Origin: Bacteroidota bacterium
GTDB taxonomy: Bacteria; Bacteroidota; Bacteroidia; Chitinophagales; Saprospiraceae
Assembly (NCBI GenBank): GCA_039201015.1
Contig: JBCCRX010000001.1
Location: forward strand, 1-57,872
DNA: 57,872 bases
Direction of reading: 5' to 3'
Shown: one piece after another, positions 29,363-39,184 of the stretch
How the letters are laid out: the number at the start of each line of letters is the position of its first letter
Numbering within the stretch: the stretch's first letter is position 1
Notes under the pieces: generated by a model
Seen by the model: only the letters and a program-made list of their open reading frames with translations
What the model was told of the DNA's origin: nothing
The model's database searches: none
Position numbers and translations under genes: made by a program

Positions 29363-30196
29363 ATGCCAACGAAGAAGTACAAACCAGTTTCGCCAGGCAC
29401 GAGATTTAGAGTTGGAAACGCCTATTCGGAAATTACGACGGATAAGCCAGAAAAGAGTTTGCTCACTCCAATCAAAAGAACAGGTGGTCGGAACAACCAA
29501 GGTCGCATGACGGTTCGTCAGCGTGGTGGTGGTCATAAGCGTCGCTATCGTATTATAGACTTCAAGCGCAATAAAGAAGGAATGAACGCTACGGTCAAAA
29601 CGATTGAGTACGATCCTAATAGAACGGCTTACATCGCCTTAGTACAGTACGAAGACGGAGAGAAGCGATACATTTTAGCTCCTAATGGTTTGCAAGTTGG
29701 AGCTACTATTGTATCAGGTAAAGGTGCTGCGCCTAATGTCGGGAATGCACTTTACTTAAGTGAAATTCCTTTGGGTTCGCAAATCCACGCAATTGAAATG
29801 CAACCAGGAAAAGGTGCAGCTTTGGTAAGAAGTGCAGGAGTTGCGGCTACTTTGATGGGCAAAGAGGAGCGTTATGCAGTAGTAAAATTACCTTCTAGCG
29901 AAGTGAGAAGAATCTTATTGACTTGCAAAGCGACGATTGGGAGTTGTTCTAATCCAGATCATGCACTACAAGTGCTAGGTAAAGCAGGAAGGAAACGCTG
30001 GTTGGGGCGTCGTCCAAGAGTAAGAGGAGTGGCTATGAACCCAGTTGATCACCCAATGGGTGGTGGAGAAGGTCGTGCTTCTGGTGGACATCCACGTTCT
30101 CGTACGGGTGTTATGGCAAAAGGTGAAAAGACCCGCAATAAGAAAAAGCACTCCAGCAAGTTGATTATTTCGAGAAGAAAATCTAAGAAAAAATAG
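29363..30196 (+). CDS. rplB: 50S ribosomal protein uL2
   Basis: 277 aa; [35 protein letters not shown]. Confidence 0.98.
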   Translation: MPTKKYKPVSPGTRFRVGNAYSEITTDKPEKSLLTPIKRTGGRNNQGRMTVRQRGGGHKRRYRIIDFKRNKEGMNATVKTIEYDPNRTAYIALVQYEDGEKRYILAPNGLQVGATIVSGKGAAPNVGNALYLSEIPLGSQIHAIEMQPGKGAALVRSAGVAATLMGKEERYAVVKLPSSEVRRILLTCKATIGSCSNPDHALQVLGKAGRKRWLGRRPRVRGVAMNPVDHPMGGGEGRASGGHPRSRTGVMAKGEKTRNKKKHSSKLIISRRKSKKK

Positions 30197-30245
30197 GCTG
30201 TTAGCCATTAGCTACTACTGCTTTGCTAGTAGCCAATAGCTATCT
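30197..30245. repeat. Family-F hairpin in the rplB-rpsS spacer
   Basis: GGCTGTTAGCCATTAGCTACTAC..GCTAGTAGCCAATAGCTATC. It shares GCTGTTAGC and GCTAGTAGCCAAT with 27095-27281. Confidence 0.55.
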
Positions 30246-30262
30246 GCCAAAAGCATAAAAAA

Positions 30263-30532
30263 ATGCCACGTTCATTAAAAAAAGGACCATATGTTTTTCA
30301 TAAGTTGCTTGAAAAAGTAGATAAGGCAAGGTCCACCAAAAAAAAATCGGTGATCAAGACTTGGTCGCGCGCTTCCATGATTATTCCTGACATGGTGGGT
30401 TTAACGATTGCAGTACACAACGGAAAAACTTTTGTGCCTGTTTTCATCACAGAAAATATGGTGGGACATAAATTGGGAGAATTTTCTCCTACCAGAAACT
30501 TTAGAGGTCATTCTGGTAATAGAAAAAAATAA
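30263..30532 (+). CDS. rpsS: 30S ribosomal protein uS19
   Basis: 89 aa; [38 protein letters not shown]. Confidence 0.98.
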   Translation: MPRSLKKGPYVFHKLLEKVDKARSTKKKSVIKTWSRASMIIPDMVGLTIAVHNGKTFVPVFITENMVGHKLGEFSPTRNFRGHSGNRKK

Positions 30533-30733
30533 TCTTTGTGTTAAGTGTTAGGTAGTTTTCACCTTATTTAATGTCAGGTATGGAGATGCCAAAATTATTG
30601 AGTGAATCAAGATGATTCGATGATTTTATAAAGCCCTAATTGCCAGATCATCATACAAACAAGCTACCAAAACAAATAGGAACGTGTTTTACACGTTTTT
30701 CACCCCAAACATAGCATATATTAATAATTGATT

Positions 30734-31156
30734 ATGAGAGCAGTAGCAAAGTTGCGAAATTGTCCGATGTCAGCTAGAAAAATGCGGCTCGTTGTGGATT
30801 TGATTAGAGGAAAGGAAGTAAACGATGCTTTGGACATACTGGCATTTACGAAAAAAGAGGCAGCCGTTTGGCTGGAAAAAATAGTTCTCTCTGCGATAGC
30901 GAATTGGGAAGATAAGCTGGGTCATACAGAAAATGCAGATGACTATGAATTGGTGATAGTCGAGGCGCGTTCCGATCAAGGACCAATGTTGAAGCGTTTT
31001 CGTCCCGCGCCACATGGTCGTGCGCATCGGATTCGCAAGCATACCAATCACATTACTATCGCGGTAGAAAATCAAGTTCCACTACCCAATGAAGAAACTG
31101 ATAACGGAATAGAGGAGGTGGAATTGGAAGAAGAGGCAATAGAAAACGTCGAATAA
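30734..31156 (+). CDS. rplV: 50S ribosomal protein uL22 (acidic C-terminal tail)
   Basis: ATG at 30734 (the track uses a TTG at 30728). AKLRNCPMSARKMRLVVDLIRG..RFRPAPHGRAHRIRKHTNHITI. Confidence 0.95.
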   Translation: MRAVAKLRNCPMSARKMRLVVDLIRGKEVNDALDILAFTKKEAAVWLEKIVLSAIANWEDKLGHTENADDYELVIVEARSDQGPMLKRFRPAPHGRAHRIRKHTNHITIAVENQVPLPNEETDNGIEEVELEEEAIENVE

Positions 31157-31175
31157 AATACTAATCACGGTACAA

Positions 31176-31233
31176 AGTATTAGGTATTAAGTATCAGGAA
31201 ATACCTTGTACTTAATACCTCGTACCTAATACT
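31176..31233. repeat. Long hairpin in the rplV-rpsC spacer
   Basis: AGTATTAGGTATTAAGTA pairs with TACTTAATACCT(cgtacct)AATACT, an 18-bp stem with a 7-nt bulge. Confidence 0.6.
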
Positions 31234-31242
31234 AAAGAATAA

Positions 31243-31998
31243 ATGGGTCAGAAGACAAATCCAATAGGTAATCGTTTAGGAATCATCCGGGGGTGGGAAT
31301 CGAACTGGTTCGGAGGTAAGGCAAAAGAATTTTCTGCTAAAGTGGTAGAAGATGAAAAAATTAGAACCTATTTGCGCGCACGTATCCCGAAAGGTGGTAT
31401 TTCTAAAATGGTGATTGAGCGAACGCTCAAGCGCATTACTGTGACGGTACATACTTCTCGTCCTGGTATCGTCATCGGTAAAGGTGGACAAGAGGTGGAT
31501 AGAATTAGAGAAGAGTTAAGACAGCTCACCGCTAAGGACATCCAAATTAATATCGTAGAGATTCGCAAACCTGAACTGGACGCTTACATCGTCGGTGAAT
31601 CCGTTGCAAAGCAAATTGAGGCGAGAATCAATTATCGTCGCGCCATAAAAATGGCAATACAGTCTTCTATTCGTGCAGGTGCGGAAGGAATCAAAATTCG
31701 AGTGAGTGGGCGTTTGAATGGTGCAGAAATGGCTCGTTCGGAAGAGTTCAAGGAAGGTCGAATTCCTTTGCATACTTTCCGTGCCGATATTGACTACGCA
31801 CTAGTGGAGGCTTTGACCATATATGGTAAAATAGGTATCAAAGTATGGGTTTTCAAAGGAGAAGTACTTGGAAAACGAGATTTGTCTTTGAATACAGGAA
31901 CGAAGAAAAAAGAGCGGGGTGGAAGACGTGGCGACCGACGTGGAGGCGGAGATAGAAGAGGCGGTGATCGCAGAGGCGGCAGACGTCGCAACAATTAG
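31243..31998 (+). CDS. rpsC: 30S ribosomal protein uS3 with an RGG/GDRRGG-repeat C-terminal tail
   Basis: 251 aa; [14 protein letters not shown].., KH and C-terminal domains, tail [31 protein letters not shown]. Confidence 0.97.
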   Translation: MGQKTNPIGNRLGIIRGWESNWFGGKAKEFSAKVVEDEKIRTYLRARIPKGGISKMVIERTLKRITVTVHTSRPGIVIGKGGQEVDRIREELRQLTAKDIQINIVEIRKPELDAYIVGESVAKQIEARINYRRAIKMAIQSSIRAGAEGIKIRVSGRLNGAEMARSEEFKEGRIPLHTFRADIDYALVEALTIYGKIGIKVWVFKGEVLGKRDLSLNTGTKKKERGGRRGDRRGGGDRRGGDRRGGRRRNN

Positions 31999-32301
31999 GA
32001 TTTGAGGCTTGTGCGTCCTCGAATAAATTAGGTTTTCTCAAGGATGCAAGTGAAGTTCAAGAGGGACCAAACCTTATGTGTTCTAAAGCGTCCTTAAGTG
32101 TTTCAAAAAGAATGCTAATTTGCAATTTGCTACCACAAAATAACACATTAAGGCTCACAAGAAAACCTTTTAAAGTATAACAGCAAAGCGACAGAGTTTA
32201 GCGGGAAAGATGTACCTTTGCGTCCACTTTTTAAAGAGCGCAAAGATTAGGCTGGATTTTTGTTTATAAACAGAACAGGAGGCAGCATAAATTAATAAGA
32301 T

Positions 32302-32721
32302 ATGTTACAGCCGAAACGGGTAAAATACAGAAAGCGTCAGAAAGGTAAGAACGATGGACTTTCTTATCGAGGACACCGAGTTGCTTTTGGGTCAATTGGT
32401 TTGAAAGCAACTACAGAAGGACGCATCACTAATCGACAGATTGAAGCAGCACGTATTGCTTTGACCCGATACATGAAGCGGGAAGGGAAAGTGTGGATTC
32501 GGATTTTCCCTGATGTTCCAGTGACGAAAAAGCCACAAGAGGTACGTATGGGTAAAGGAAAGGGCGCTTTAGATCATTGGGTGGCATTGGTAAAGCCTGG
32601 GCGCATTATGTTTGAGATAGATGGTGTATCTTATGAGGTGGCGGCGGAAGCTTTCCGGTTGGCTGCCCAGAAATTGCCTGTATTAACCAAAGTTGTTACT
32701 CGGCCTGATTATCAAGGATAG
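32302..32721 (+). CDS. rplP: 50S ribosomal protein uL16
   Basis: 139 aa; [15 protein letters not shown]. Confidence 0.98.
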   Translation: MLQPKRVKYRKRQKGKNDGLSYRGHRVAFGSIGLKATTEGRITNRQIEAARIALTRYMKREGKVWIRIFPDVPVTKKPQEVRMGKGKGALDHWVALVKPGRIMFEIDGVSYEVAAEAFRLAAQKLPVLTKVVTRPDYQG

Positions 32722-32727
32722 ATTTGA

Positions 32728-32861
32728 TCAGCAATTTCTCACATGGAGGATTTTACCAATTGGGGAGCAAGAAATGTTATTTTTGAACCCGAATCTGGGA
32801 ATTATTCTTATAGTTTAGTGCAAAAAATGATATTTCTAAATCCTAAATAAGAAATTGCTGA
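32728..32861. mobile_element. MITE-like element, family I (copy I2), 6 nt after the rplP stop codon
   Basis: Perfect 12-bp TIRs TCAGCAATTTCT / AGAAATTGCTGA. Flanking ATTTGA on both sides (32722-32727 and 32863-32868, with one extra A at 32862 between the right TIR and the repeat). The left end matches GCAGCAATTTCTCATGTA of 54661-54828. Confidence 0.6.
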
Positions 32862-32922
32862 AATTTGATCTTTTTTATTCACAATAAGCTGATTATCAGT
32901 ATCATTACAAGATTGTAGTACA

Positions 32923-33189
32923 ATGGCAGAGAATATTCAAGACAATAGTGAATTTACATTAGAAGACCTTCAAGCGGAGTTGGAGCGTCTGGAGAGTGGC
33001 TATCAAAACCTAAAGTTTGATCAGCAAACAAGGGGTTTGGAGAATCCTTTAGATATTAGGAGCTATCGAAGAGATATTGCAAGGGTGAAAACGGAAATCA
33101 GGAATAGAGAATTAGGGGCAATGTCCGAGGAGGAATTGGCACAACGATCCAGAATTAGAGCTAGAAGAAAAAAACAAAAGCGTAAATAA
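32923..33189 (+). CDS. rpmC: 50S ribosomal protein uL29 (extended)
   Basis: 88 aa; LEDLQAELERL..SYRRDIARVKTEI, plus a basic C-terminal tail. Confidence 0.9.
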   Translation: MAENIQDNSEFTLEDLQAELERLESGYQNLKFDQQTRGLENPLDIRSYRRDIARVKTEIRNRELGAMSEEELAQRSRIRARRKKQKRK

Positions 33190-33284
33190 AATCGTTGTTG
33201 ATCGTCTTTGTTATTTGATTTTAAGTAGCTTAAGTTCGTGCTACTGTCTTTTTCAAATTACAGCATCAATAGAAAATATTACTA

Positions 33285-33779
33285 ATGGCAGAAGAAACAA
33301 AAGTAACACCTAAAGAGGAAACAGCAGCCACAGAGGAAGCAACAGCTATTGAAGAGACAAAAGTTGAAGAGACAAAAGCTGAAACGGCGGCTGTAGAGGC
33401 AGAAGAGACAACAACTGAAGTGGAAATTGCTTCTACTGAAGAACCAAGTGCGGAGGTAGCAGTATCTGCTAAGGAAGCAGCAGCAAATGAAGCGGTATCA
33501 ACTTCGGAAGAAGAGGTAGCTACAGAAAAAGCTACGCACAGAAAATCGCGCGTTGGAGTAGTGACTAGCAATAAAATGCAGAAAACAATTACGGTTAGTG
33601 TAGAGCGTCGCATTCAGCACCCTATATATGGCAAGTATATGAAAAAGACCAAGAAATTTATGGCGCACGACGAGGAGCAGCAGTGTAATGAAGGCGACAC
33701 GGTGCGCATTGAAGAAACACGTCCATTGAGTAAGAAAAAGCGATGGAACCTAGTAGAAATCTTAGAGAGAGCCAAATAG
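33285..33779 (+). CDS. rpsQ: 30S ribosomal protein uS17 with an ~84-aa acidic E/T/A-rich N-terminal extension
   Basis: The conserved core starts at residue ~85 ([53 protein letters not shown]). The only upstream in-frame ATG is at 33285; an internal GTG start is possible. Confidence 0.9.
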   Translation: MAEETKVTPKEETAATEEATAIEETKVEETKAETAAVEAEETTTEVEIASTEEPSAEVAVSAKEAAANEAVSTSEEEVATEKATHRKSRVGVVTSNKMQKTITVSVERRIQHPIYGKYMKKTKKFMAHDEEQQCNEGDTVRIEETRPLSKKKRWNLVEILERAK

Positions 33780-33928
33780 TAGTTTAGCAGTTTCGATGGA
33801 ATGCCATCAGTTTAAATTACTAACAAGCACTCTGACTTCTCGCCTCTGGCGGTTAACTCCTAAATAAAGGATAATATAACATACTAAGAAAGCTTATCTG
33901 TTTTCGGATAAAAAATAAATGCTAAGCC

Positions 33929-34294
33929 ATGATACAGCAGGAATCAAGATTAAAGGTGGCAGATAATAGTGGAGCAAAAGAAGTGCTTTGTATTCGTGTC
34001 CTTGGAGGGTCGAAAAGACGTTATGCCTCCATTGGTGATACGATAGTAGTGACAGTAAAGGAAACTTCACCTGGTGGAATTAAGAAGGGAACGGTTTCTA
34101 AAGCAGTAGTGGTACGCACAAAGAAAGAAATCAGGAGAAAAGACGGTTCTTACATTCGTTTCGATGACAATGCAGTTGTTCTATTGAATACAGCGGAAGA
34201 ACCAAGAGGAACGCGTATTTTCGGACCTGTAGCCAGAGAATTGAGAGAGCGAGAGTATATGCGAATTATTTCATTAGCACCAGAAGTGCTGTGA
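33929..34294 (+). CDS. rplN: 50S ribosomal protein uL14
   Basis: 121 aa; [19 protein letters not shown]. Confidence 0.98.
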   Translation: MIQQESRLKVADNSGAKEVLCIRVLGGSKRRYASIGDTIVVTVKETSPGGIKKGTVSKAVVVRTKKEIRRKDGSYIRFDDNAVVLLNTAEEPRGTRIFGPVARELREREYMRIISLAPEVL

Positions 34295-34380
34295 GCAAAA
34301 TTGAGCTGTCTTGCTTTATTATAGAAAATTTTCACGGTCATTGCATTGATGTAAATGATTATTGAACTCAGACTAATTCG

Positions 34381-34737
34381 ATGTCAAAGAAAAATAAAAA
34401 TAAAACGCAACAGAAACGTTTCGCGCCGAAGTTAAAGATCAAGAAAGGCGATCAAGTGCGAATCATTGCTGGGGAATATAAGAATGAAGAGGGGGAAGTG
34501 CTGGAAGTTTTTCCTAAGAAAAACCGTGCTATTGTGGAAGATGTGAACATCGTCAAAAAGCACAAAAAGCCAACCCAAGAAGCAGAGGGTGGAATTTTTG
34601 AAGAACCCGCTTCTATTCATATTTCTAATTTGATGTTGCTAGACCCTTCAACGGGAGAACCTACAAGGGTAGGGCGTAGAATGGAAGACGGTAAACTGAA
34701 AAGATATTCAAAGAAATCAGATAAAGTCATAGACTGA
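34381..34737 (+). CDS. rplX: 50S ribosomal protein uL24
   Basis: 118 aa; [16 protein letters not shown]. Its TGA stop overlaps the rplE ATG. Confidence 0.95.
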   Translation: MSKKNKNKTQQKRFAPKLKIKKGDQVRIIAGEYKNEEGEVLEVFPKKNRAIVEDVNIVKKHKKPTQEAEGGIFEEPASIHISNLMLLDPSTGEPTRVGRRMEDGKLKRYSKKSDKVID

Positions 34738-35291
34738 TGAGTTATATACCAAGATTAAAGACAAAGTATTTAGAAGAAGCCGTTCCTGCGCTGATGGAGC
34801 AGTACCAGTATAGTAGCGTTATGCAAGTGCCTAAGCTTGAAAAAGTATGTGTTAATCAAGGTATTGGTGCAGCTATCCAGGACAAAAAAATGATTGAGAA
34901 TGCGCTTAAAGAAATGAGCATTATCACAGGTCAACTGGCCGTACCAACCAAAGCAAAGAAGTCGGTTTCTAATTTTAAGTTAAGAGAAGGAATGACGATT
35001 GGTGCAAGGGTAACGCTGCGCAAGAACAGAATGTATGAGTTTTTAGATCGCCTTATCAATATTGCTTTGCCGCGTGTCCGTGATTTTAGAGGTATTAACG
35101 ATAAGAGTTTCGACGGCAGAGGCAATTATTCTATGGGCATCACAGAGCAAATTATCTTTCCTGAAATTGACCTAGATAAAGTCAGTCGAATTACAGGTAT
35201 GGATATTACTATTGTTACTTCAGCGCAAACAGATGCAGAAGCGTTGGCACTGTTGAAGTTGATGGGAATGCCTTTTAAAAATCAAAGATAG
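34737..35291 (+). CDS. rplE: 50S ribosomal protein uL5
   Basis: 184 aa; [25 protein letters not shown]. Confidence 0.97.
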   Translation: MSYIPRLKTKYLEEAVPALMEQYQYSSVMQVPKLEKVCVNQGIGAAIQDKKMIENALKEMSIITGQLAVPTKAKKSVSNFKLREGMTIGARVTLRKNRMYEFLDRLINIALPRVRDFRGINDKSFDGRGNYSMGITEQIIFPEIDLDKVSRITGMDITIVTSAQTDAEALALLKLMGMPFKNQR

Positions 35292-35380
35292 ATTTTAGCT
35301 GTTGGCTATAATATGAAAAAGTTGTTACTGATTGATTCAATTCAACAGTCCAATAAATAAACAATACAATAGAAAATAAT

Positions 35381-35650
35381 ATGGCTAGGAAGTCAGTGAT
35401 AGCAAGGGAAGCAAAGCGAGCGAAGATGGTGGCTAAGTACGCGGAATTGCGCAAAAAGCTGAAAGAAGAAGGTCGTTGGGATGAACTGGACAAATTGCCT
35501 AAGAATTCGTCTGCTGTTCGTTTGCACAACCGATGTGGATTGACAGGACGCCCGAAAGGCTACATGCGTAAGTTTGGAATTTGTCGGGTGAAATTTCGTG
35601 AAATGGCGAACCAAGGCAAAATTCCTGGTGTCACTAAGTCGAGTTGGTAA
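35381..35650 (+). CDS. rpsN: 30S ribosomal protein uS14 (long form)
   Basis: 89 aa; [39 protein letters not shown]. Confidence 0.96.
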   Translation: MARKSVIAREAKRAKMVAKYAELRKKLKEEGRWDELDKLPKNSSAVRLHNRCGLTGRPKGYMRKFGICRVKFREMANQGKIPGVTKSSW

Positions 35651-35810
35651 GAAATAGCTTGCGAGAAGTGATACTGAGATAAGAACACCATGCTCGAACA
35701 GCAACACTTTATCTTAGATAATCCCAGATAAACTTAAGCCAAATCGAACCATACTTAATTCATGACACTTAGGTCGTTTTGATCGAAACCGAGTGTGTAA
35801 ATTAATAGAA

Positions 35811-36215
35811 ATGACAGTTACTGATCCAATAGCGGATTATCTTACCCGAATTAGAAACGCCCAAATGGCACGTCATCGCATCGTGGAAATTCCCGCTTCC
35901 AATATGAAAAAGCGCATGACAGAAATCCTCTACGATCAGGGGTACATTTTAAAGTATAAGTTTGACAACGATCAGGGGCCTCAAGGCACGATCAAGATTG
36001 CACTGAAGTACGACTCTCAGACGAGACAACCTGTTATTAAGTCTTTGAAACGTGTGAGTAAGCCTGGACTTAGAAAGTACAGTAAAGCCAGTGACTTGCC
36101 GCGCGTAATTAATGGTTTGGGTATTGCGATTGTCTCTACTTCAAGAGGTGTGATGACCAATAAACAAGCATCAGAGGAGAATGTTGGAGGAGAAATATTG
36201 TGTTATATTTATTAA
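35811..36215 (+). CDS. rpsH: 30S ribosomal protein uS8
   Basis: ATG at 35811 gives [17 protein letters not shown]. The ORF-track start at 35793 is a GTG. Confidence 0.95.
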   Translation: MTVTDPIADYLTRIRNAQMARHRIVEIPASNMKKRMTEILYDQGYILKYKFDNDQGPQGTIKIALKYDSQTRQPVIKSLKRVSKPGLRKYSKASDLPRVINGLGIAIVSTSRGVMTNKQASEENVGGEILCYIY

Positions 36216-36259
36216 CAAAGGACTAGTCACGCTAGTATAAGGAACGTGAAGTAACTAAA

Positions 36260-36385
36260 TCAGCCTGAGGCAGATAGGTTTACATTGTTCGCTTTTGATC
36301 GGAAGCGTATATACGCTGTAAAGTATATGCTTTCAAGAGAAATCAAGCACTGAAAAATGTAAATTTATTATTGGATTCAGACTAA
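36260..36385. repeat. E-family palindromic element (copy E3) in the rpsH-rplF spacer
   Basis: Left end TCAGCCTGAGGCAGATAGGTTTACATTGTTCG; right arm AAAAATGTAAATTTATTATTGGATTCAGACTAA. The centre holds a perfect 14-bp palindrome AGCGTATATACGCT. Confidence 0.7.
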
Positions 36386-36402
36386 TATAATATTAATCGG
36401 AA

Positions 36403-36957
36403 ATGTCTAGAATAGGAAAAATGCCGATTTCGCTTCCAGAAAAAGTGGAAGTCAATGTGAGCAAAGGAAATGTAGTGACTGTGAAAGGTCCTAAAGGCGA
36501 GTTGAAGCAAAACATCCATGCGGATATGGAGATTGCTATGGAAGAAGGGGTATTGGAAGTAAAGCGTCCGACAAATCAGAAGCGTCATCGCGCGATGCAC
36601 GGTTTGTATCGTTCTTTAATCAATAATATGGTTGTTGGTGTTTCTGAAGGCTATGTCAAGGAATTAGAATTGGTTGGTGTTGGATATAGATGTAGCAATA
36701 CAGGACAATTATTGGAACTTATCTTAGGATATTCTCACCCAATCATGTTCATGCTACCCGATGAGGTAAAGGTGGAGGCGAAAATGGAAAAGGGGAAAAA
36801 TCCTAGCATCCGTTTAGAAAGTATTGATAAGCAATTGATTGGACAAATCGCTGCGAAGATACGCGCCTTCCGTCCACCAGAACCCTACAAAGGGAAAGGT
36901 ATTCGCTTCAAAGGGGAAGAAATTCGTCGTAAAGCGGGTAAAACGGCGGGTAAATAA
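36403..36957 (+). CDS. rplF: 50S ribosomal protein uL6
   Basis: 184 aa; MSRIGKMPISLPEKVEV. Confidence 0.97.
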   Translation: MSRIGKMPISLPEKVEVNVSKGNVVTVKGPKGELKQNIHADMEIAMEEGVLEVKRPTNQKRHRAMHGLYRSLINNMVVGVSEGYVKELELVGVGYRCSNTGQLLELILGYSHPIMFMLPDEVKVEAKMEKGKNPSIRLESIDKQLIGQIAAKIRAFRPPEPYKGKGIRFKGEEIRRKAGKTAGK

Positions 36958-37115
36958 TCTTATTTGTTTATCTGTTGATTTGTTTATTCGTTTATTTGAA
37001 CTACATGATAGATAATAGTACAAATAAGCAGTTTAACGATTCATCAAATCAATTATTAATGGGGTTTGGGTTTTGCAACTACCGCTCTACACTAAGCCTG
37101 AAAGCATTATAAGAG

Positions 37116-37469
37116 ATGAAAAAAACTAAAAAGCAAGCACGAAAACGAATACATCTGCGTATTCGTAAAAAAGTGAAAGGAACAGCCGATCGTCCCAGAT
37201 TAAGTGTCTTCAGAAGCAATAGAGATATTTATTGCCAAGCAATTGATGATGTCAATGGAATTACTTTGGCATCTGCTTCCTCCAAAGATACGGATTTGGG
37301 AGAAGCCACAAATAAAACGGAGCAAGCAAAGGCAGTTGGAAAAGCAATGGCAGAGCGTGCGCTTTCAAAAAATATCAATAATGTCGTTTTTGACCGCAGT
37401 GGTTATTTGTACCACGGACGTGTTAAGGCACTTGCGGACGGCGCAAGAGAAGGAGGCTTAAAACTATAA
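37116..37469 (+). CDS. rplR: 50S ribosomal protein uL18
   Basis: 117 aa; [45 protein letters not shown]. Confidence 0.97.
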   Translation: MKKTKKQARKRIHLRIRKKVKGTADRPRLSVFRSNRDIYCQAIDDVNGITLASASSKDTDLGEATNKTEQAKAVGKAMAERALSKNINNVVFDRSGYLYHGRVKALADGAREGGLKL

Positions 37470-37479
37470 AATTAAGAAA

Positions 37480-38118
37480 ATGGCGGAAAGAAGAAATACT
37501 GGAAATAACAGAGGTTCGGGTAACAATAGAAATTCTGGAGGCAACAATAGAGGGGGCAACAACAGAAACAACAGAGGCAATAGAAATTCTAATGACCGAA
37601 ACAACGGCGGTCGATCGGATAGAATTAAGCCTGCTGAAACGGATTTGAAAGAGAAGATGGTCACACTCAATCGAGTAGCTAAAGTGACCAAGGGTGGACG
37701 TACGTTTAGCTTCGCGGCAGTTGTGGTAGTGGGTGACGGCAAGGGTACAGTGGGTCATGGATTAGGTAAGGCGAGAGATGTATCGGAAGCAATTGCGAAG
37801 GCAGTGGATGATGCAAAGAAAAGCTTGATTAAGTTTCCGCTACTCGATGGTACTATTCCGCATGAACAGAAAGGAAAATATGGTGCTGGAAAAGTACTAA
37901 TGAAGCCTGCTTCTGACGGTACAGGTGTGATTGCGGGTGGTGCAATGCGCGCGGTATTGGAAATTGCGGGTGTACAAAATGTACTCGCCAAATCGCAAGG
38001 ATCTTCTAATCCTCACAACGTAATCAAGGCAACATTCGATGCACTTTCTAAATTGCGCAGTCCGCAAGAGGTGGCAAGACAACGAAACATTTCAGTAGAA
38101 AAACTATTCAACGGGTAG
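37480..38118 (+). CDS. rpsE: 30S ribosomal protein uS5 with an ~50-aa Arg/Gly/Asn-rich N-terminal extension
   Basis: 212 aa; the core starts near [34 protein letters not shown]. Confidence 0.95.
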   Translation: MAERRNTGNNRGSGNNRNSGGNNRGGNNRNNRGNRNSNDRNNGGRSDRIKPAETDLKEKMVTLNRVAKVTKGGRTFSFAAVVVVGDGKGTVGHGLGKARDVSEAIAKAVDDAKKSLIKFPLLDGTIPHEQKGKYGAGKVLMKPASDGTGVIAGGAMRAVLEIAGVQNVLAKSQGSSNPHNVIKATFDALSKLRSPQEVARQRNISVEKLFNG

Positions 38119-38122
38119 CAGT

Positions 38123-38302
38123 ATGGCTAAGATTAAAATAACACAAGTCAAAAGTGTAATTGATCGCTCGAAGCGTCAGAAAGATACGATGAAGGCTTTG
38201 GGCTTAAGGAAAATGAATCAGAGTGTGGAGCATGAAGATACGCCACAGATTTTAGGCATGGTGGCTAAAGTAAGCCACCTGGTTCAAGTTGAAAAAGCCT
38301 AA
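38123..38302 (+). CDS. rpmD: 50S ribosomal protein uL30
   Basis: Hand-translated 59-aa ORF, below the track cut-off: [59 protein letters not shown]. It starts 4 nt after rpsE. Confidence 0.93.
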   Translation: MAKIKITQVKSVIDRSKRQKDTMKALGLRKMNQSVEHEDTPQILGMVAKVSHLVQVEKA

Positions 38303-38461
38303 AAGGTAGTTGGCAGCCAGCTATTCGCTAATTTTAGCGAAAGTAAGGTTTAATTGCGTTCGGAATTAGAACTATTTTGATTCTGAACAATTAATTTAAT
38401 AAACGTGAAATCGTGATTCTGTTTTTTATAGCAATATACGATTGAACTCAGATTTATTGAG

Positions 38462-38911
38462 ATGAAATTAAGTAATTTAAAACCAGCAAAAGGAGGCGCT
38501 TCCAAAGGAAAGAAAAGAGTGGCTCGTGGGCAAGGATCGGGTAAAGGTGGTACTTCGACTCGTGGACACAAAGGGGACAAGTCTCGTTCTGGTCACAAGT
38601 TGAAGCGCAACTTTGAAGGTGGACAAATGCCACTGCAAATGAGATTGCCAAAGCGTGGTTTTAAAAGTCCCAACCGAGTAGAATACGTTGTACTCAATTT
38701 AGATCGTTTGCAAGAAATTACCGAAAAATATCACACTACTGATCTTACTTTTGATGTCTTAGTAGAACATAGACTCGTTAGAAAAAGAGATAGGGTGAAG
38801 GTTTTGGGGCGTGGAAAGATCGAAGCAAGCGTGAATGTGAGTGTTCATGCTGCTTCTGCAAGCGCAAAAGAAGCAATTGAAGCAAAAGGAGGAAGCGTTA
38901 ACATCATATAA
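38462..38911 (+). CDS. rplO: 50S ribosomal protein uL15
   Basis: 149 aa; MKLSNLKPAKG..RGHKGDKSRSG..FEGGQMPLQMRLPKRGF. Confidence 0.97.
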   Translation: MKLSNLKPAKGGASKGKKRVARGQGSGKGGTSTRGHKGDKSRSGHKLKRNFEGGQMPLQMRLPKRGFKSPNRVEYVVLNLDRLQEITEKYHTTDLTFDVLVEHRLVRKRDRVKVLGRGKIEASVNVSVHAASASAKEAIEAKGGSVNII

Positions 38912-39184
38912 ATTATAAATAAGCACTGAGAAAGTAAGAAGGCAGGTTTAAGCAGTCAGACGCAAAACGCTTATAAGCATATTTTTATAAGAACTGATGT
39001 GTAAAAAAATTGTGCTTGACTACTTAAGGAGTAAAGTGAATTGGGCAGTTTGATAGTTTTGAGTCGGCAGTGGGTGGAAGCAATTGATTAATCAATCGCT
39101 GATATTTCGTTACTGACCGAATCAATCTTCAAAATAGCTAAATCATATTTCTTGCTTATTGGTTTTTATTGTCAATAGGATTCG

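Noticed and set aside
33266-33613. 115-aa minus-strand ORF (Ser/Ala/Val-rich), and similar ORFs at 37423-37758 and 37464-37742
   Set aside because: These are mirror images of the low-complexity codon repeats that encode the uS17 and uS5 N-terminal tails.
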